Part shown: positions 13,501 through 28,353 of the stretch, one piece after another | How the letters are laid out: every line of letters begins with the position of its first letter | Numbering within the stretch: the first letter of the stretch is position 1 | Assembly: GCF_009914755.1 (NCBI RefSeq) | Contig: NC_060948.1 | Source: the human T2T-CHM13v2.0 reference genome, Homo sapiens | Direction: 5' to 3' (one strand) | DNA length: 64,000 nt | The notes under the pieces: generated by a model | Told to the model about the DNA's origin: nothing | The model's database searches: none | Seen by the model: only the letters and a program-made list of their open reading frames with translations | Made by a program: the position numbers and the translations under genes

Positions 13501-14122
13501 TGCAATGGAATGGAATGGAATGGAATGGAATGGAATGGAATGGGATGGAATGGTATGGAATGGATAGTAATGGACTGGAGTGAAATGGACTGGAAAGGAA
13601 TGGACTCAAATTGAAAGGGCTCGAAAGGAATGGAGTCAAATGGAATGGTCTATAATGGAATGAACACGAATGTAATGCAATCCAATAGAATGGAATCGAA
13701 TGGCATGGAATATAAAGAAATGGAATCGAAGAGAATGGAAACAAACGGAATGGAATTGAATGGAATGGAATTGAATGGAATGGGAACGAATGGAGTGAAA
13801 TTGTATGCAGTAGAAGAGAATAGAATGCAATGCAAGCGAAAGGAAAGGAATGGATTGGAATGGAATGGAATTCATTGGAATGGAAGGGAATGTAGTGTAA
13901 TGGACAGGCCTGGAATAAAGTGGAATGCTACGGTCTCGAATGGAATAAAAATGTATGGAATGGAATGCAATGAAACGGAATCGAATGTCATAGAATGTAA
14001 TGGAATGCAAAAAAATGGACTCCAAAATCATTGACTGGAAAGGCTGGGTGTCGAAAGGTATTGACTCCAATGGAATGGAATCGAATGGAATGGAAGTGAA
14101 TAGAATCGAACTAAATCGAATG
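10594..14122 (+). repeat. DYZ1 unit U4 (3,529 bp, U2-like start then A type)
   Basis: ORF anchors 10823 to 14352. Confidence 0.92.
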
Positions 14123-17100
14123 GAATGGAATTGATAGGAACGGAATGGAAAGGAATGAAATGATTTGGCATGGAATGGAATCGAATGGCATCGAATGGAA
14201 TGGAATGGAATGCAATGCAATGGAATGTATTAGAATGTAATGAACTTTAATGGAATGTACTCGAATGGATTCGACTGGAATGGAATGTTCTGGAAGTGAA
14301 TGGACTCCAATGGAATGGATTGAAAAGGAATGGAATCGTACGGAATGGAATCTAATGGAATGGAATTAAATGGAAATGAATCAAATTGAATAGCACGGAA
14401 TTGAATTGAATGGAATCGAATGCAATGGAATCTAATGAAACGGAAAGGAAAGGAATGGAATGGAATGGAATGGGCTGGAATGGAAAGGAATCGAAACGAA
14501 TGGAATGGAATCGAACTGAGGAGACTGGAATGGAATGCACTTCAACGGAAGGGAGTGTAATGGAAGGTTCTCGAAAAAAATGGAAACGAATGGAATGGAA
14601 TTGAATGGAACGGAATAGAGTCGAATGGAATTGAATGGAATGGAATGGACTAGAGTGAAATGGAATCGAACCACAAGGAATGGACAGGAATAGAATGGTC
14701 TCGAATTGAATGGAATCGTATGGAATGGCATCAAACGGAATGGAATGGACAGCCACGGAATGGAATGCACTCGAATGCAATGGAGTCGAAACTAATGGAC
14801 TGGAATAGAATGGACTCGACTGGTACGGACTCCAATGGAATGGAATCGAATGGAAGGGAATCGAACGGAATGGACTCGAAGGGAAAAGACTGCAATGGAA
14901 AGGTCTCGAATGGAATGGAAATTAATGGAATGGAATGGAATCGAATGAAATGGAGTCAAAAGGAATGGAATTGAATGGCAAGAAATCGAATGTAATGGAA
15001 TCACAAGGAATTGATGTGAACGGAACGGAATGGAATGGAATCCAAAAGAATGGAATAGAATGGAATGGAATCGAATGGAAAGGACTCGAATGGAAATCAC
15101 TCGAATAGAATGCAATTTAATAAAATAGGATGAAATGTAATGGAATGGAATGGAAAGGAATCGAAACGAAAGGAATGGAGACAGATGGAATGGAATGGAA
15201 CAGAGAGCAATGGTATAGAATGGAATGGAATCATCTGGAATGGAATTGAATGGAATGGAATAATATGAAATGGAATGGAATGGAATGGAATGCCCTTGAA
15301 TTAAATGGACTGGAATGGAATGGACTCGAACAGAGTGGAATGGAAAGTGTTGAGATAGAATGGAATGGACTCCTTTGGAATGGTCTAGTATGCAATGCAA
15401 TGGACTGGCAGGGAATCAAAAGGAATGTAATCGAATGGATTGGACTGGAATGCAATGGACTCGAATAGATTGGAAACGGAATGCAAAGGAATGGAATGGA
15501 ATAGTATGGAATGGAATGGAAAGGAATGGAGTGGAATAGACTAGAGTGGAATGGAATGGACTCGAAAGCAATGGACTGGAATGGAACTTTCTTGAATGGA
15601 CTGGAATCAAACGGAATGGAATGCAATGCAATCAAATGGCATGGAATAAAATAGAATGAAAGAGAATCAAATGGAATTGAATCGAATGGAATCGAATGGA
15701 TTGGAAAGGAATAGAATGGAATGGAATGGAATTGACTCAAATGGAATGGACTAGAATGGAATGGATTCGAATGGAAGGCAAAGGAATGGAATCTATTGGA
15801 ATGGACAGCAATGGAATGGAAAGGAAGGGATTGGAATGGACTCGAATGGAATGGACTGCAATAGAAAGGATTCGAATGGAATGAAAAAGAATTGAATGGA
15901 ATAGAACAGAATGGAATCAAATCGAATGAAATGGAATGGAATAGAAAGGAATGGAATGAAATGGAATGGAAAGGATTCGAATGGAATGCAATCGAATGGA
16001 ATGGAATCGAACGGAATGGAATAAAATGGAAGAAAACTGGCAAGAAATGGAATCGAAATGAATGGAGTGTTATGGAACGGACTCAAAAGGAATTGAATGT
16101 AATAGAATGGAGTGGAGTGGACTCGAATATAATGGACTGGAATGGAATGAAATCACATGGAATGGGAAGGAATGGAATGGAATGGAAAGGAATGGAATCG
16201 AATGGAAAGGAATCGAATGGAAGGGAATGAAATTGAATCAACAGGAATGGAAGGGAATAGAATAGACGGTAATGGAATGGACTCGAATAGAATGGACACG
16301 AATGCTCAAATTGAATGGACTCGAATGGAATGGAAACGAAAGGAATGTCATCGAATGGAATTGAATCGATTGGAATGAAATCGCATAGAATGGAGTGGAA
16401 TCAAATGGAATTGAATCGAAAGGAAAGGAAGCGAATGGACTGAAATGAAATGGAATGGAATTGAATGGAAAGTAAAGCAATGGAATGGAATGGAACGAAA
16501 TTTCACGGAATGGTATCAAACTGAATGGAATCAAATCAATGGAATATAATCAAATGGAATGGAAAGGAATTGAATGGAGTAGATGGGATTGGATGGGATT
16601 GGAATGAAATGTACTGGAAAGGACTCGAATTTCATGAAACGGAATGGAATGAATTGGAACGGAATGGACTCGAATGGAATGGAATGTCATGGAATGGCAT
16701 CAAATGGAATGGCATCAAATGGAATGGAATCGAATGCAATGGAATGCTATGGAATGGAATGGAATGCATTGGAATGGAATGTCCTCTAATGGAATGGATT
16801 CGAGTGGAATGGAATCGAATATAATGGAGTCGAATGAAATGGAATTGAAAGGAATGGGATCGAATACAATGGAATATACTGGAATGTAACGTAATGAACT
16901 CGAATGTAATTGACTGGAATGGAATGTACATGAATGGAATGTAATCGAATGGAAAGTAATCCAATGGAATAGAATCTAATGCAATAAAATCGACTCAGAT
17001 AGAGTAGAATGTAATGGAATGGAGTGCAGTGCAATGGAATGGAATGGAATGGAATGCAATGGAATGGAATGGAATGGGATGGAATGGTATGGAATGGAAT

Positions 17101-17696
17101 GGAATGGAATGGAATGGGATGGAATGGTATGGAATGGATAGTAAAGGACTGGAATGAAATGGACTGGAAAGGAATGGACTCAAATTGGAAGGGCTCGAAA
17201 GGAATGGAGTCAAATGGAATGGTCTGGAATGGAATGAACACGAATGTAATGCAATCCAATAGAATGGAATCGAATGGCATGGAATATAAAGAAATGGAAT
17301 CGAAGAGAATGGAAACAAACGGAATGGAATTGAATGGAATGGAATTGAATGGAATGGGAACGAATGGAGTGAAATTGTATGCAGTAGAAGAGAATAGAAT
17401 GGAATGCAAGCGAAAGGAAAGGAATGGATTGGAATGGAATGGAATTCATTGGAATGGAAGGGAATGTAGTGTAATGGACAGGCCTGGAATAAAGTGGAAT
17501 GCTACGGTCTCGAATGGAATAAAAATGTATGGAATGGAATGCAATGAAACGGAATCGAATGTCATAGAATGTAATGGAATGCAAAAAAATGGACTCCAAA
17601 ATCGTTGACTGGAAAGGCTGGGTGTCGAAAGGAATTGACTCCAATGGAATGGAATCGAATGGAATGGAAGTGAATAGAATCGAACTAAATCGAATG
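14123..17696 (+). repeat. DYZ1 unit U5 (3,574 bp, first long B type)
   Basis: ORF anchors 14352 to 17926; 40-bp internal duplication at 17053-17132. Confidence 0.92.
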
Positions 17697-20600
17697 GAAT
17701 GGAATTGATAGGAACGGAATGGAAAGGAATGAAATGATTTGGCATGGAATGGAATCGAATGGCATCGAATGGAATGGAATGGAATGCAATGCAATGGAAT
17801 GTATTAGAATGTAATGAACTTTAATGGAATGTACTCGAATGGATTCGACTGGAATGGAATGTTCTGGAAGTGAATGGACTCCAATGGAATGGATTGAAAA
17901 GGAATGGAATCGTACGGAATGGAATCTAATGGAATGGAATTAAATGGAAATGAATCAAATTGAATAGCACGGAATTGAATTGAATGGAATCGAATGCAAT
18001 GGAATCTAATGAAACGGAAAGGAAAGGAATGGAATGGAATGGGCTGGAATGGAAAGGAATCGAAACGAATGGAATGGAATCGAACTGAAGAGACTGGAAT
18101 GGAATGCACTGGAATGGAAGGGAGTGTAATGGAAGGTTCTCGAAAAAAATGGAATCGAATGGAATGGAATTGAATGGAACGGAATAGAGTCGAATGGAAT
18201 TGAATGGAATGGAATGGACTAGAGTGAAATGGAATCGAACCACAAGGAATGGACAGGAATAGAATGGTCTCGAATTGAATGGAATCGTATGGAATGGCAT
18301 CAAACGGAATGGAATGGACAGCCACGGAATGCAATGCACTCGAATGCAATGGAGTCGAAACTAATGGACTGGAATAGAATGGACTCGACTGGTACGGACT
18401 CCAATGGAATGGAATCGAATGGAAGGGAATCGAACGGAATGGACTCGAAGGGAAAAGACTGCAATGGAAAGGTCTCGAATGGAATGGAAATTAATGGAAT
18501 GGAATGGAATCGAATGAAATGGAGTCAAAAGGAATGGAATCGAATGGCAAGAAATCGAATGTAATGGAATCGCAAGGAATTGATGTGAACGGAACGGAAT
18601 GGAATGGAATCCAAAGAAATGGAATAGAATGGAATGGAATCGAATGGAAAGAACTCGAATGGAAATCACTCGAATAGAATGCAATTGAATAAAATACGAT
18701 GAAATGTAATGGAATGGAATGGAAAGGAATCGAAACGAAAGGAATGGAGACAGATGGAATGGAATGGAACAGAGAGCAATGGTATAGAATGGAATGGAAT
18801 CATCTGGAATGGAATTGAATGGAATGGAATAATATGAAATGGAATGGAATGGAATGGAATGCCCTTGAATTAAATGGACTGGAATGGAATGGACTCGAAC
18901 AGAGTGGAATGGAAAGTGTTGAGATAGAATGGAATGGACTCCTTTGGAATGGTCTAGTATGCAATGCAATGGACTGGCAGGGAATCAAAAGGAATGTAAT
19001 CGAATGGATTGGACTGGAATGCAATGGACTCGAATAGATTGGAAACGGAATGCAAAGGAATGGAATGGAATAGTATGGAATGGAATGGAAAGGAATGGAG
19101 TGGAATAGACTAGAGTGGAATGGAATGGACTCGAAAGCAATGGACTGGAATGGAACTTTCTTGAATGGACTGGAATCAAACGGAATGGAATGCAATGCAA
19201 TCAAATGGCATGGAATAAAATAGAATGAAAGAGAATCAAATGGAATTGAATCGAATGGAATCGAATGGATTGGAAAGGAATAGAATGGAATGGAATGGAA
19301 TTGACTCAAATGGAATGGACTAGAATGGAATGGATTCGAATGGAAGGCAAAGGAATGGAATCTATTGGAATGGACTGCAATGGAATGGAATGGAAGGGAT
19401 TGGAATGGACTCGAATGGAATAGACTGCAATAGAAAGGATTCGAATGGAATGAAAAAGAATTGAATGGAATAGAACAGAATGGAATCAAATCGAATGAAA
19501 TGGAATGGAATAGAAAGGAATGGAATGAAATGGAATGGAAAGGATTCGAATGGAATGCAATCGAATGGAATGGAATCGAACGGAATGGAATAAAATGGAA
19601 GCAAACTGGCAAGAAATGGAATCGAAATGAATGGAGTGTTATGGAACGGACTCCAAAGGAATTGAATGTAATAGAATGGAGTGGAGTGGACTCGAATATA
19701 ATGGACTGCAATGGAATGAAATCACATGGAATGGGAACGAATGGAATGGAATGGAAAGGAATGGAATCGAATGGAAAGGAATCGAATGGAAGGGAATGAA
19801 ATTGAATCAACAGGAATGGAAGGGAATAGAATAGACGGTAATGGAATGGACTCGAATAGAATGGACACGAATGCTCAAATTGAATGGACTCGAATGGAAT
19901 GGAAACGAAAGGAATGTCATCGAATGGAATTGAATCGATTGGAATAAAATCGCATAGAATAGAGTGGAATCAAATGGAATTGAATCGAAAGGAAAGGAAG
20001 CGAATGGACTGAAATGAAATGGAATGGAATTGAATGGAAAGTAAAGCAATGGAATAGAATGGAACAAAATTTCACGGAATGGAATCAAACTGAATGGAAT
20101 CAAATCAATGGAATCTAATCAAATGGAATGGAAAGGAATTGAATGGAGTAGATGGGATTGGATGGGATTGGAATGAAATGTACTGGAAAGGACTCGAATT
20201 TCATGAAACGGAATGGAATGAATTGGAACGGAATGGACTCGAATGGAATGGAATGTCATGGAATGGCATCAAATGGAATGGCATCAAATGGAATGGAATC
20301 GAATGCAATGGAATGCTATGGAATGGAATGGAATGCATTGGAATGGAATGTCCTCTAATGGAATGGATTCGAGTGGAATGGAATCGAATATAATGGAGTC
20401 GAATGAAATGGAATTGAAAGGAATGGGATCGAATACAATGGAATATACTGGAATGTAATGTAATGAACTCGAATGTAATTGACTGGAATGGAATGTACAT
20501 GAATGGAATGTAATCGAATGGAAAGTAATCCAATGGAATAGAATCTAATGCAATAAAATCGACTCAGATAGAGTAGAATGTAATGGAATGGAGTGCAGTG

Positions 20601-21235
20601 CAATGGAATGGAATGGAATGGAATGGAATGGAATGGAATGGAATGGAATGGAATGGGATGGAATGGTATGGAATGGATAGTAATGGACTGGAGTGAAATG
20701 GACTGGAAAGGAATGGACTCAAATTGAAAGGGCTCGAAAGGAATGGAGTCAAATGGAATGGTCTGGAATGGAATGAACACGAATGTAATGCAATCCAATA
20801 GAATGGAATCGAATGGCATGGAATATAAAGAAATGGAATCGAAGAGAATGGAAACAAACGGAATGGAATTGAATGGAATGGAATTGAATGGAATGGGAAC
20901 GAATGGAGTGAAATTGTATGCAGTAGAAGAGAATAGAATGCAATGCAAGCGAAAGGAAAGGAATGGATTGGAATGGAATGGAATTCATTGGAATGGAAGG
21001 GAATGTAGTGTAATGGACAGGCCTGGAATAAAGTGGAATGCTACGGTCTCGAATGGAATAAAAATGTATGGAATGGAATGCAGTGAAACGGAATCGAATG
21101 TCATAGAATGTAATGGAATGCAAAAAAATGGACTCCAAAATCATTGACTGGAAAGGCTGGGTGTCGAAAGGAATTGACTCCAATGGAATGGAATCGAATG
21201 GAATGGAAGTGAATAGAATCGAACTAAATCGAATG
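17697..21235 (+). repeat. DYZ1 unit U6 (3,539 bp, A type, 11-pentamer tract, one pentamer lost near 18030)
   Basis: ORF anchors 17926 to 21465. Confidence 0.92.
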
Positions 21236-24200
21236 GAATGGAATTGATAGGAACGGAATGGAAAGGAATGAAATGATTTGGCATGGAATGGAATCGAATG
21301 GCATCGAATGGAATGGAATGGAATGCAATGCAATGGAATGTATTAGAATGTAATGAACTTTAATGGAATGTACTCGAATGGATTCGACTGGAATGGAATG
21401 TTCTGGAAGTGAATGGACTCCAATGGAATGGATTGAAAAGGAATGGAATCGTACGGAATGGAATCTAATGGAATGGAATTAAATGGAAATGAATCAAATT
21501 GAATAGCACGGAATTGAATTGAATGGAATCGAATGCAATGGAATCTAATGAAACGGAAAGTAAAGGAATGGAATGGAATGGAATGGGCTGGAATGGAAAG
21601 GAATCGAAACGAATGGAATGGAATCGAACTGAGGAGACTGGAATGGAATGCACTTCAACGGAAGGGAGTGTAATGGAAGGTTCTCGAAAAAAATGGAAAC
21701 GAATGGAATGGAATTGAATGGAACGGAATAGAGTCGAATGGAATTGAATGGAATGGAATGGACTAGAGTGAAATGGAATCGAACCACAAGGAATGGACAG
21801 GAATAGAATGGTCTCGAATTGAATGGAATCGTATGGAATGGCATCAAACGGAATGGAATGGACAGCCACGGAATGGAATGCACTCGAATGCAATGGAGTC
21901 GAAACTAATGGACTGGAATAGAATGGACTCGACTGGTACGGACTCCAATGGAATGGAATCGAATGGAAGGGAATCGAACGGAATGGACTCGAAGGGAAAA
22001 GACTGCAATGGAAAGGTCTCGAATGGAATGGAAATTAATGGAATGGAATGGAATCGAATGAAATGGAGTCAAAAGGAATGGAATTGAATGGCAAGAAATC
22101 GAATGTAATGGAATCACAAGGAATTGATGTGAACGGAACGGAATGGAATGGAATCCAAAGGAATGGAATAGAATGGAATGGAATCGAATGGAAAGGACTC
22201 GAATGGAAATCACTCGAATAGAATGCAATTTAATAAAATAGGATGAAATGTAATGGAATGGAATGGAAAGGAATCGAAACGAAAGGAATGGAGACAGATG
22301 GAATGGAATGGAACAGAGAGCAATGGTATAGAATGGAATGGAATCATCTGGAATGGAATTGAATGGAATGGAATAATATGAAATGGAATGGAATGGAATG
22401 GAATGCCCTTGAATTAAATGGACTGGAATGGAATGGACTCGAACAGAGTGGAATGGAAAGTGTTGAGATAGAATGGAATGGACTCCTTTGGAATGGTCTA
22501 GTATGCAATGCAATGGACTGGCAGGGAATCAAAAGGAATGTAATCGAATGGATTGGACTGGAATGCAATGGACTCGAATAGATTGGAAACGGAATGCAAA
22601 GGAATGGAATGGAATAGTATGGAATGGAATGGAAAGGAATGGAGTGGAATAGACTAGAGTGGAATGGAATGGACTCGAAAGCAATGGACTGGAATGGAAC
22701 TTTCTTGAATGGACTGGAATCAAACGGAATGGAATGCAATGCAATCAAATGGCATGGAATAAAATAGAATGAAAGAGAATCAAATGGAATTGAATCGAAT
22801 GGAATCGAATGGATTGGAAAGGAATAGAATGGAATGGAATGGAATTGACTCAAATGGAATGGACTAGAATGGAATGGATTCGAATGGAAGGCAAAGGAAT
22901 GGAATCTATTGGAATGGACTGCAATGGAATGGAATGGAAGGGATTGGAATGGACTCGAATGGAATAGACTGCAATAGAAAGGATTCGAATGGAATGAAAA
23001 AGAATTGAATGGAATAGAACAGAATGGAATCAAATCGAATGAAATGGAATGGAATAGAAAGGAATGGAATGAAATGGAATGGAAAGGATTCGAATGGAAT
23101 GCAATCGAATGGAATGGAATCGAACGGAATGGAATAAAATGGAAGAAAACTGGCAAGAAATGGAATCGAAATGAATGGAGTGTTATGGAACGGACTCCAA
23201 AGGAATTGAATGTAATAGAATGGAGTGGAGTGGACTCGAATATAATGGACTGGAATGGAATGAAATCACATGGAATGGGAACGAATGGAATGGAATGGAA
23301 AGGAATGGAATCGAATGGAAAGGAATCGAATGGAAGGGAATGAAATTGAATCAACAGGAATGGAAGGGAATAGAATAGACGGTAATGGAATGGACTCGAA
23401 TAGAATGGACACGAATGCTCAAATTGAATGGACTCGAATGGAATGGAAACGAAAGGAATGTCATCGAATGGAATTGAATCGATTGGAATGAAATCGCATA
23501 GAATGGAGTGGAATCAAATGGAATTGAATCGAAAGGAAAGGAAGCGAATGGACTGAAATGAAATGGAATGGAATTGAATGGAAAGTAAAGCAATGGAATA
23601 GAATGGAACGAAATTTCACGGAATGGTATCAAACTGAATGGAATCAAATCAATGGAATATAATCAAATGGAATGGAAAGGAATTGAATGGAGTAGATGGG
23701 ATTGGATGGGATTGGAATGAAATGTACTGGAAAGGACTCGAATTTCATGAAACGGAATGGAATGAATTGGAACGGAATGGACTCGAATGGAATGGAATGT
23801 CATGGAATGGCATCAAATGGAATGGCATCAAATGGAATGGAATCGAATGCAATGGAATGCTATGGAATGGAATGGAATGCATTGGAATGGAATGTCCTCT
23901 AATGGAATGGATTCGAGTGGAATGGAATCGAATATAATGGAGTCGAATGAAATGGAATTGAAAGGAATGGGATCGAATACAATGGAATATACTGGAATGT
24001 AACGTAATGAACTCGAATGTAATTGACTGGAATGGAATGTACATGAATGGAATGTAATCGAATGGAAAGTAATCCAATGGAATAGAATCTAATGCAATAA
24101 AATCGACTCAGATAGAGTAGAATGTAATGGAATGGAGTGCAGTGCAATGGAATGGAATGGAATGGAATGCAATGGAATGGAATGGAATGGGATGGAATGG

Positions 24201-24809
24201 TATGGAATGGAATGGAATGGAATGGAATGGGATGGAATGGCATGGAATGGATAGTAATGGACTGGAATGAAGTGGACAGGAAAGGAATGGACTCAAATTG
24301 AAAGGGCTCGAAAGGAATGGAGTCAAATGGAATGGTCTGGAATGGAATGAACACGAATGTAATGCAATCCAATAGAATGGAATCGAATGGCATGGAATAT
24401 AAAGAAATGGAATCGAAGAGAATGGAAACAAACGGAATGGAATTGAATGGAATGGAATTGAATGGAATGGGAACGAATGGAGTGAAATTGTATGCAGTAG
24501 AAGAGAATAGAATGGAATGCAAGCGAAAGGAAAGGAATGGATTGGAATGGAATGGAATTCATTGGAATGGAAGGGAATGTAGTGTAATGGACAGGCCTGG
24601 AATAAAGTGGAATGCTACGGTCTCGAATGGAATAAAAATGTATGGAATGGAATGCAATGAAACGGAATCGAATGTCATAGAATGTAATGGAATGCAAAAA
24701 AATGGACTCCGAAATCATTGACTGGAAAGGCTGGGTGTCGAAAGGAATTGACTCCAATGGAATGGAATCGAATGGAATGGAAGTGAATAGAATCGAACTA
24801 AATCGAATG
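21236..24809 (+). repeat. DYZ1 unit U7 (3,574 bp, B type with an A-type patch)
   Basis: ORF anchors 21465 to 25039. Confidence 0.92.
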
Positions 24810-27800
24810 GAATGGAATTGATAGGAACGGAATGGAAAGGAATGAAATGATTTGGCATGGAATGGAATCGAATGGCATCGAATGGAATGGAATGGAATGC
24901 AATGCAATGGAATGTATTAGAATGTAATGAACTTTAATGGAATGTACTCGAATGGATTCGACAGGAATGGAATGTTCTGGAAGTGAATGGACTCCAATGG
25001 AATGGATTGAAAAGGAATGGAATCGTACGGAATGGAATCTAATGGAATGGAATTAAATGGAAATGAATGAAATTGAATAGCACGGAATTGAATTGAATGG
25101 AATCGAATGCAATGGAATCTAATGAAACGGAAAGAAAAGGAATGGAATGGAATGGAATGGGCTGGAATGGAAAGGAATCGAAACGAATGGAATGGAATCG
25201 AACTGAGGAGACTGGAATGGAATGCACTTCAACGGAAGGGAGTGTAATGGAAGGTTCTCGAAAAAAATGGAAACGAATGGAATGGAATTGAATGGAACGG
25301 AATAGAGTCGAATGGAATTGAATGGAATGGAATGGACTAGAGTGAAATGGAATCGAACCACAAGGAATGGACAGGAATAGAATGGTCTCGAATTGAATGG
25401 AATCGTATGGAATGGCATCAAACGGAATGGAATGGACAGCCACGGAATGGAATGCACTCGAATGCAATGGAGTCGAAACTAATGGACTGGAATAGAATGG
25501 ACTCGACTGGTACGGACTCCAATGGAATGGAATCGAATGGAAGGGAATCGAACGGAATGGACTCGAAGGGAAAAGACTGCAATGGAAAGGTCTCGAATGG
25601 AATGGAAATTAATGGAATGGAATGGAATCGAATGAAATGGAGTCAAAAGGAATGGAATCGAATGGCAAGAAATCGAATGTAATGGAATCGCAAGGAATTG
25701 ATGTGAACGGAACGGAATGGAATGGAATCCAAAGAAATGGAATAGAATGGAATGGAATCGAATGGAAAGAACTCGAATGGAAATCACTCGAATAGAATGC
25801 AATTGAATAAAATACGATGAAATGTAATGGAATGGAATGGAAAGGAATCGAAACGAAAGGAATGGAGACAGATGGAATGGAATGGAACAGAGAGCAATGG
25901 TATAGAATGGAATGGAATCATCTGGAATGGAATTGAATGGAATGGAATAATATGAAATGGAATGGAATGGAATGGAATGCCCTTGAATTAAATGGACTGG
26001 AATGGAATGGACTCGAACAGAGTGGAATGGAAAGTGTTGAGATAGAATGGAATGGACTCCTTTGGAATGGTCTAGTATGCAATGCAATGGACTGGCAGGG
26101 AATCAAAAGGAATGTAATCGAATGGATTGGACTGGAATGCAATGGACTCGAATAGATTGGAAACGGAATGCAAAGGAATGGAATGGAATAGTATGGAATG
26201 GAATGGAAAGGAATGGAGTGGAATAGACTAGAGTGGAATGGAATGGACTCGAAAGCAATGGACTGGAATGGAACTTTCTTGAATGGACTGGAATCAAACG
26301 GAATGGAATGCAATGCAATCAAATGGCATGGAATAAAATAGAATGAAAGAGAATCAAATGGAATTGAATCGAATGGAATCGAATGGATTGGAAAGGAATA
26401 GAATGGAATGGAATGGAATTGACTCAAATGGAATGGACTAGAATGGAATGGATTCGAATGGAAGGCAAAGGAATGGAATCTATTGGAATGGACTGCAATG
26501 GAATGGAATGGAAGGGATTGGAATGGACTCGAATGGAATAGACTGCAATAGAAAGGATTCGAATGGAATGAAAAAGAATTGAATGGAATAGAACAGAATG
26601 GAATCAAATCGAATGAAATGGAATGGAATAGAAAGGAATGGAATGAAATGGAATGGAAAGGATTCGAATGGAATGCAATCGAATGGAATGGAATCGAACG
26701 GAATGGAATAAAATGGAAGCAAACTGGCAAGAAATGGAATCGAAATGAATGGAGTGTTATGGAACGGACTCCAAAGGAATTGAATGTAATAGAATGGAGT
26801 GGAGTGGACTCGAATATAATGGACTGCAATGGAATGAAATCACATGGAATGGGAACGAATGGAATGGAATGGAAAGGAATGGAATCGAATGGAAAGGAAT
26901 CGAATGGAAGGGAATGAAATTGAATCAACAGGAATGGAAGGGAATAGAATAGACGGTAATGGAATGGACTCGAATAGAATGGACACGAATGCTCAAATTG
27001 AATGGACTCGAATGGAATGGAAACGAAAGGAATGTCATCGAATGGAATTGAATCGATTGGAATAAAATCGCATAGAATAGAGTGGAATCAAATGGAATTG
27101 AATCGAAAGGAAAGGAAGCGAATGGACTGAAATGAAATGGAATGGAATTGAATGGAAAGTAAAGCAATGGAATAGAATGGAACAAAATTTCACGGAATGG
27201 AATCAAACTGAATGGAATCAAATCAATGGAATCTAATCAAATGGAATGGAAAGGAATTGAATGGAGTAGATGGGATTGGATGGGATTGGAATGAAATGTA
27301 CTGGAAAGGACTCGAATTTCATGAAACGGAATGGAATGAATTGGAACGGAATGGACTCGAATGGAATGGAATGTCATGGAATGGCATCAAATGGAATGGC
27401 ATCAAATGGAATGGAATCGAATGCAATGGAATGCTATGGAATGGAATGGAATGCATTGGAATGGAATGTCCTCTAATGGAATGGATTCGAGTGGAATGGA
27501 ATCGAATATAATGGAGTCGAATGAAATGGAATTGAAAGGAATGGGATCGAATACAATGGAATATACTGGAATGTAATGTAATGAACTCGAATGTAATTGA
27601 CTGGAATGGAATGTACATGAATGGAATGTAATCGAATGGAAAGTAATCCAATGGAATAGAATCTAATGCAATAAAATCGACTCAGATAGAGTAGAATGTA
27701 ATGGAATGGAGTGCAGTGCAATGGAATGGAATGGAATGGAATGGAATGGAATGGAATGGAATGGAATGGAATGGGATGGAATGGTATGGAATGGATAGTA

Positions 27801-28353
27801 ATGGACTGGAGTGAAATGGACTGGAAAGGAATGGACTCAAATTGAAAGGGCTCGAAAGGAATGGAGTCAAATGGAATGGTCTGGAATGGAATGAACACGA
27901 ATGTAATGCAATCCAATAGAATGGAATCGAATGGCATGGAATATAAAGAAATGGAATCGAAGAGAATGGAAACAAACGGAATGGAATTGAATGGAATGGA
28001 ATTGAATGGAATGGGAACGAATGGAGTGAAATTGTATGCAGTAGAAGAGAATAGAATGCAATGCAAGCGAAAGGAAAGGAATGGATTGGAATGGAATGGA
28101 ATTCATTGGAAAGGAAGGGAATGTAGTGTAATGGACAGGCCTGGAATAAAGTGGAATGCTACGGTCTCGAATGGAATAAAAATGTATGGAATGGAATGCA
28201 GTGAAACGGAATCGAATGTCATAGAATGTAATGGAATGCAAAAAAATGGACTCCAAAATCATTGACTGGAAAGGCTGGGTGTCGAAAGGAATTGACTCCA
28301 ATGGAATGGAATCGAATGGAATGGAAGTGAATAGAATCGAACTAAATCGAATG
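24810..28353 (+). repeat. DYZ1 unit U8 (3,544 bp, U14-like start then A type, 11-pentamer tract)
   Basis: ORF anchors 25039 to 28583. Confidence 0.92.
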
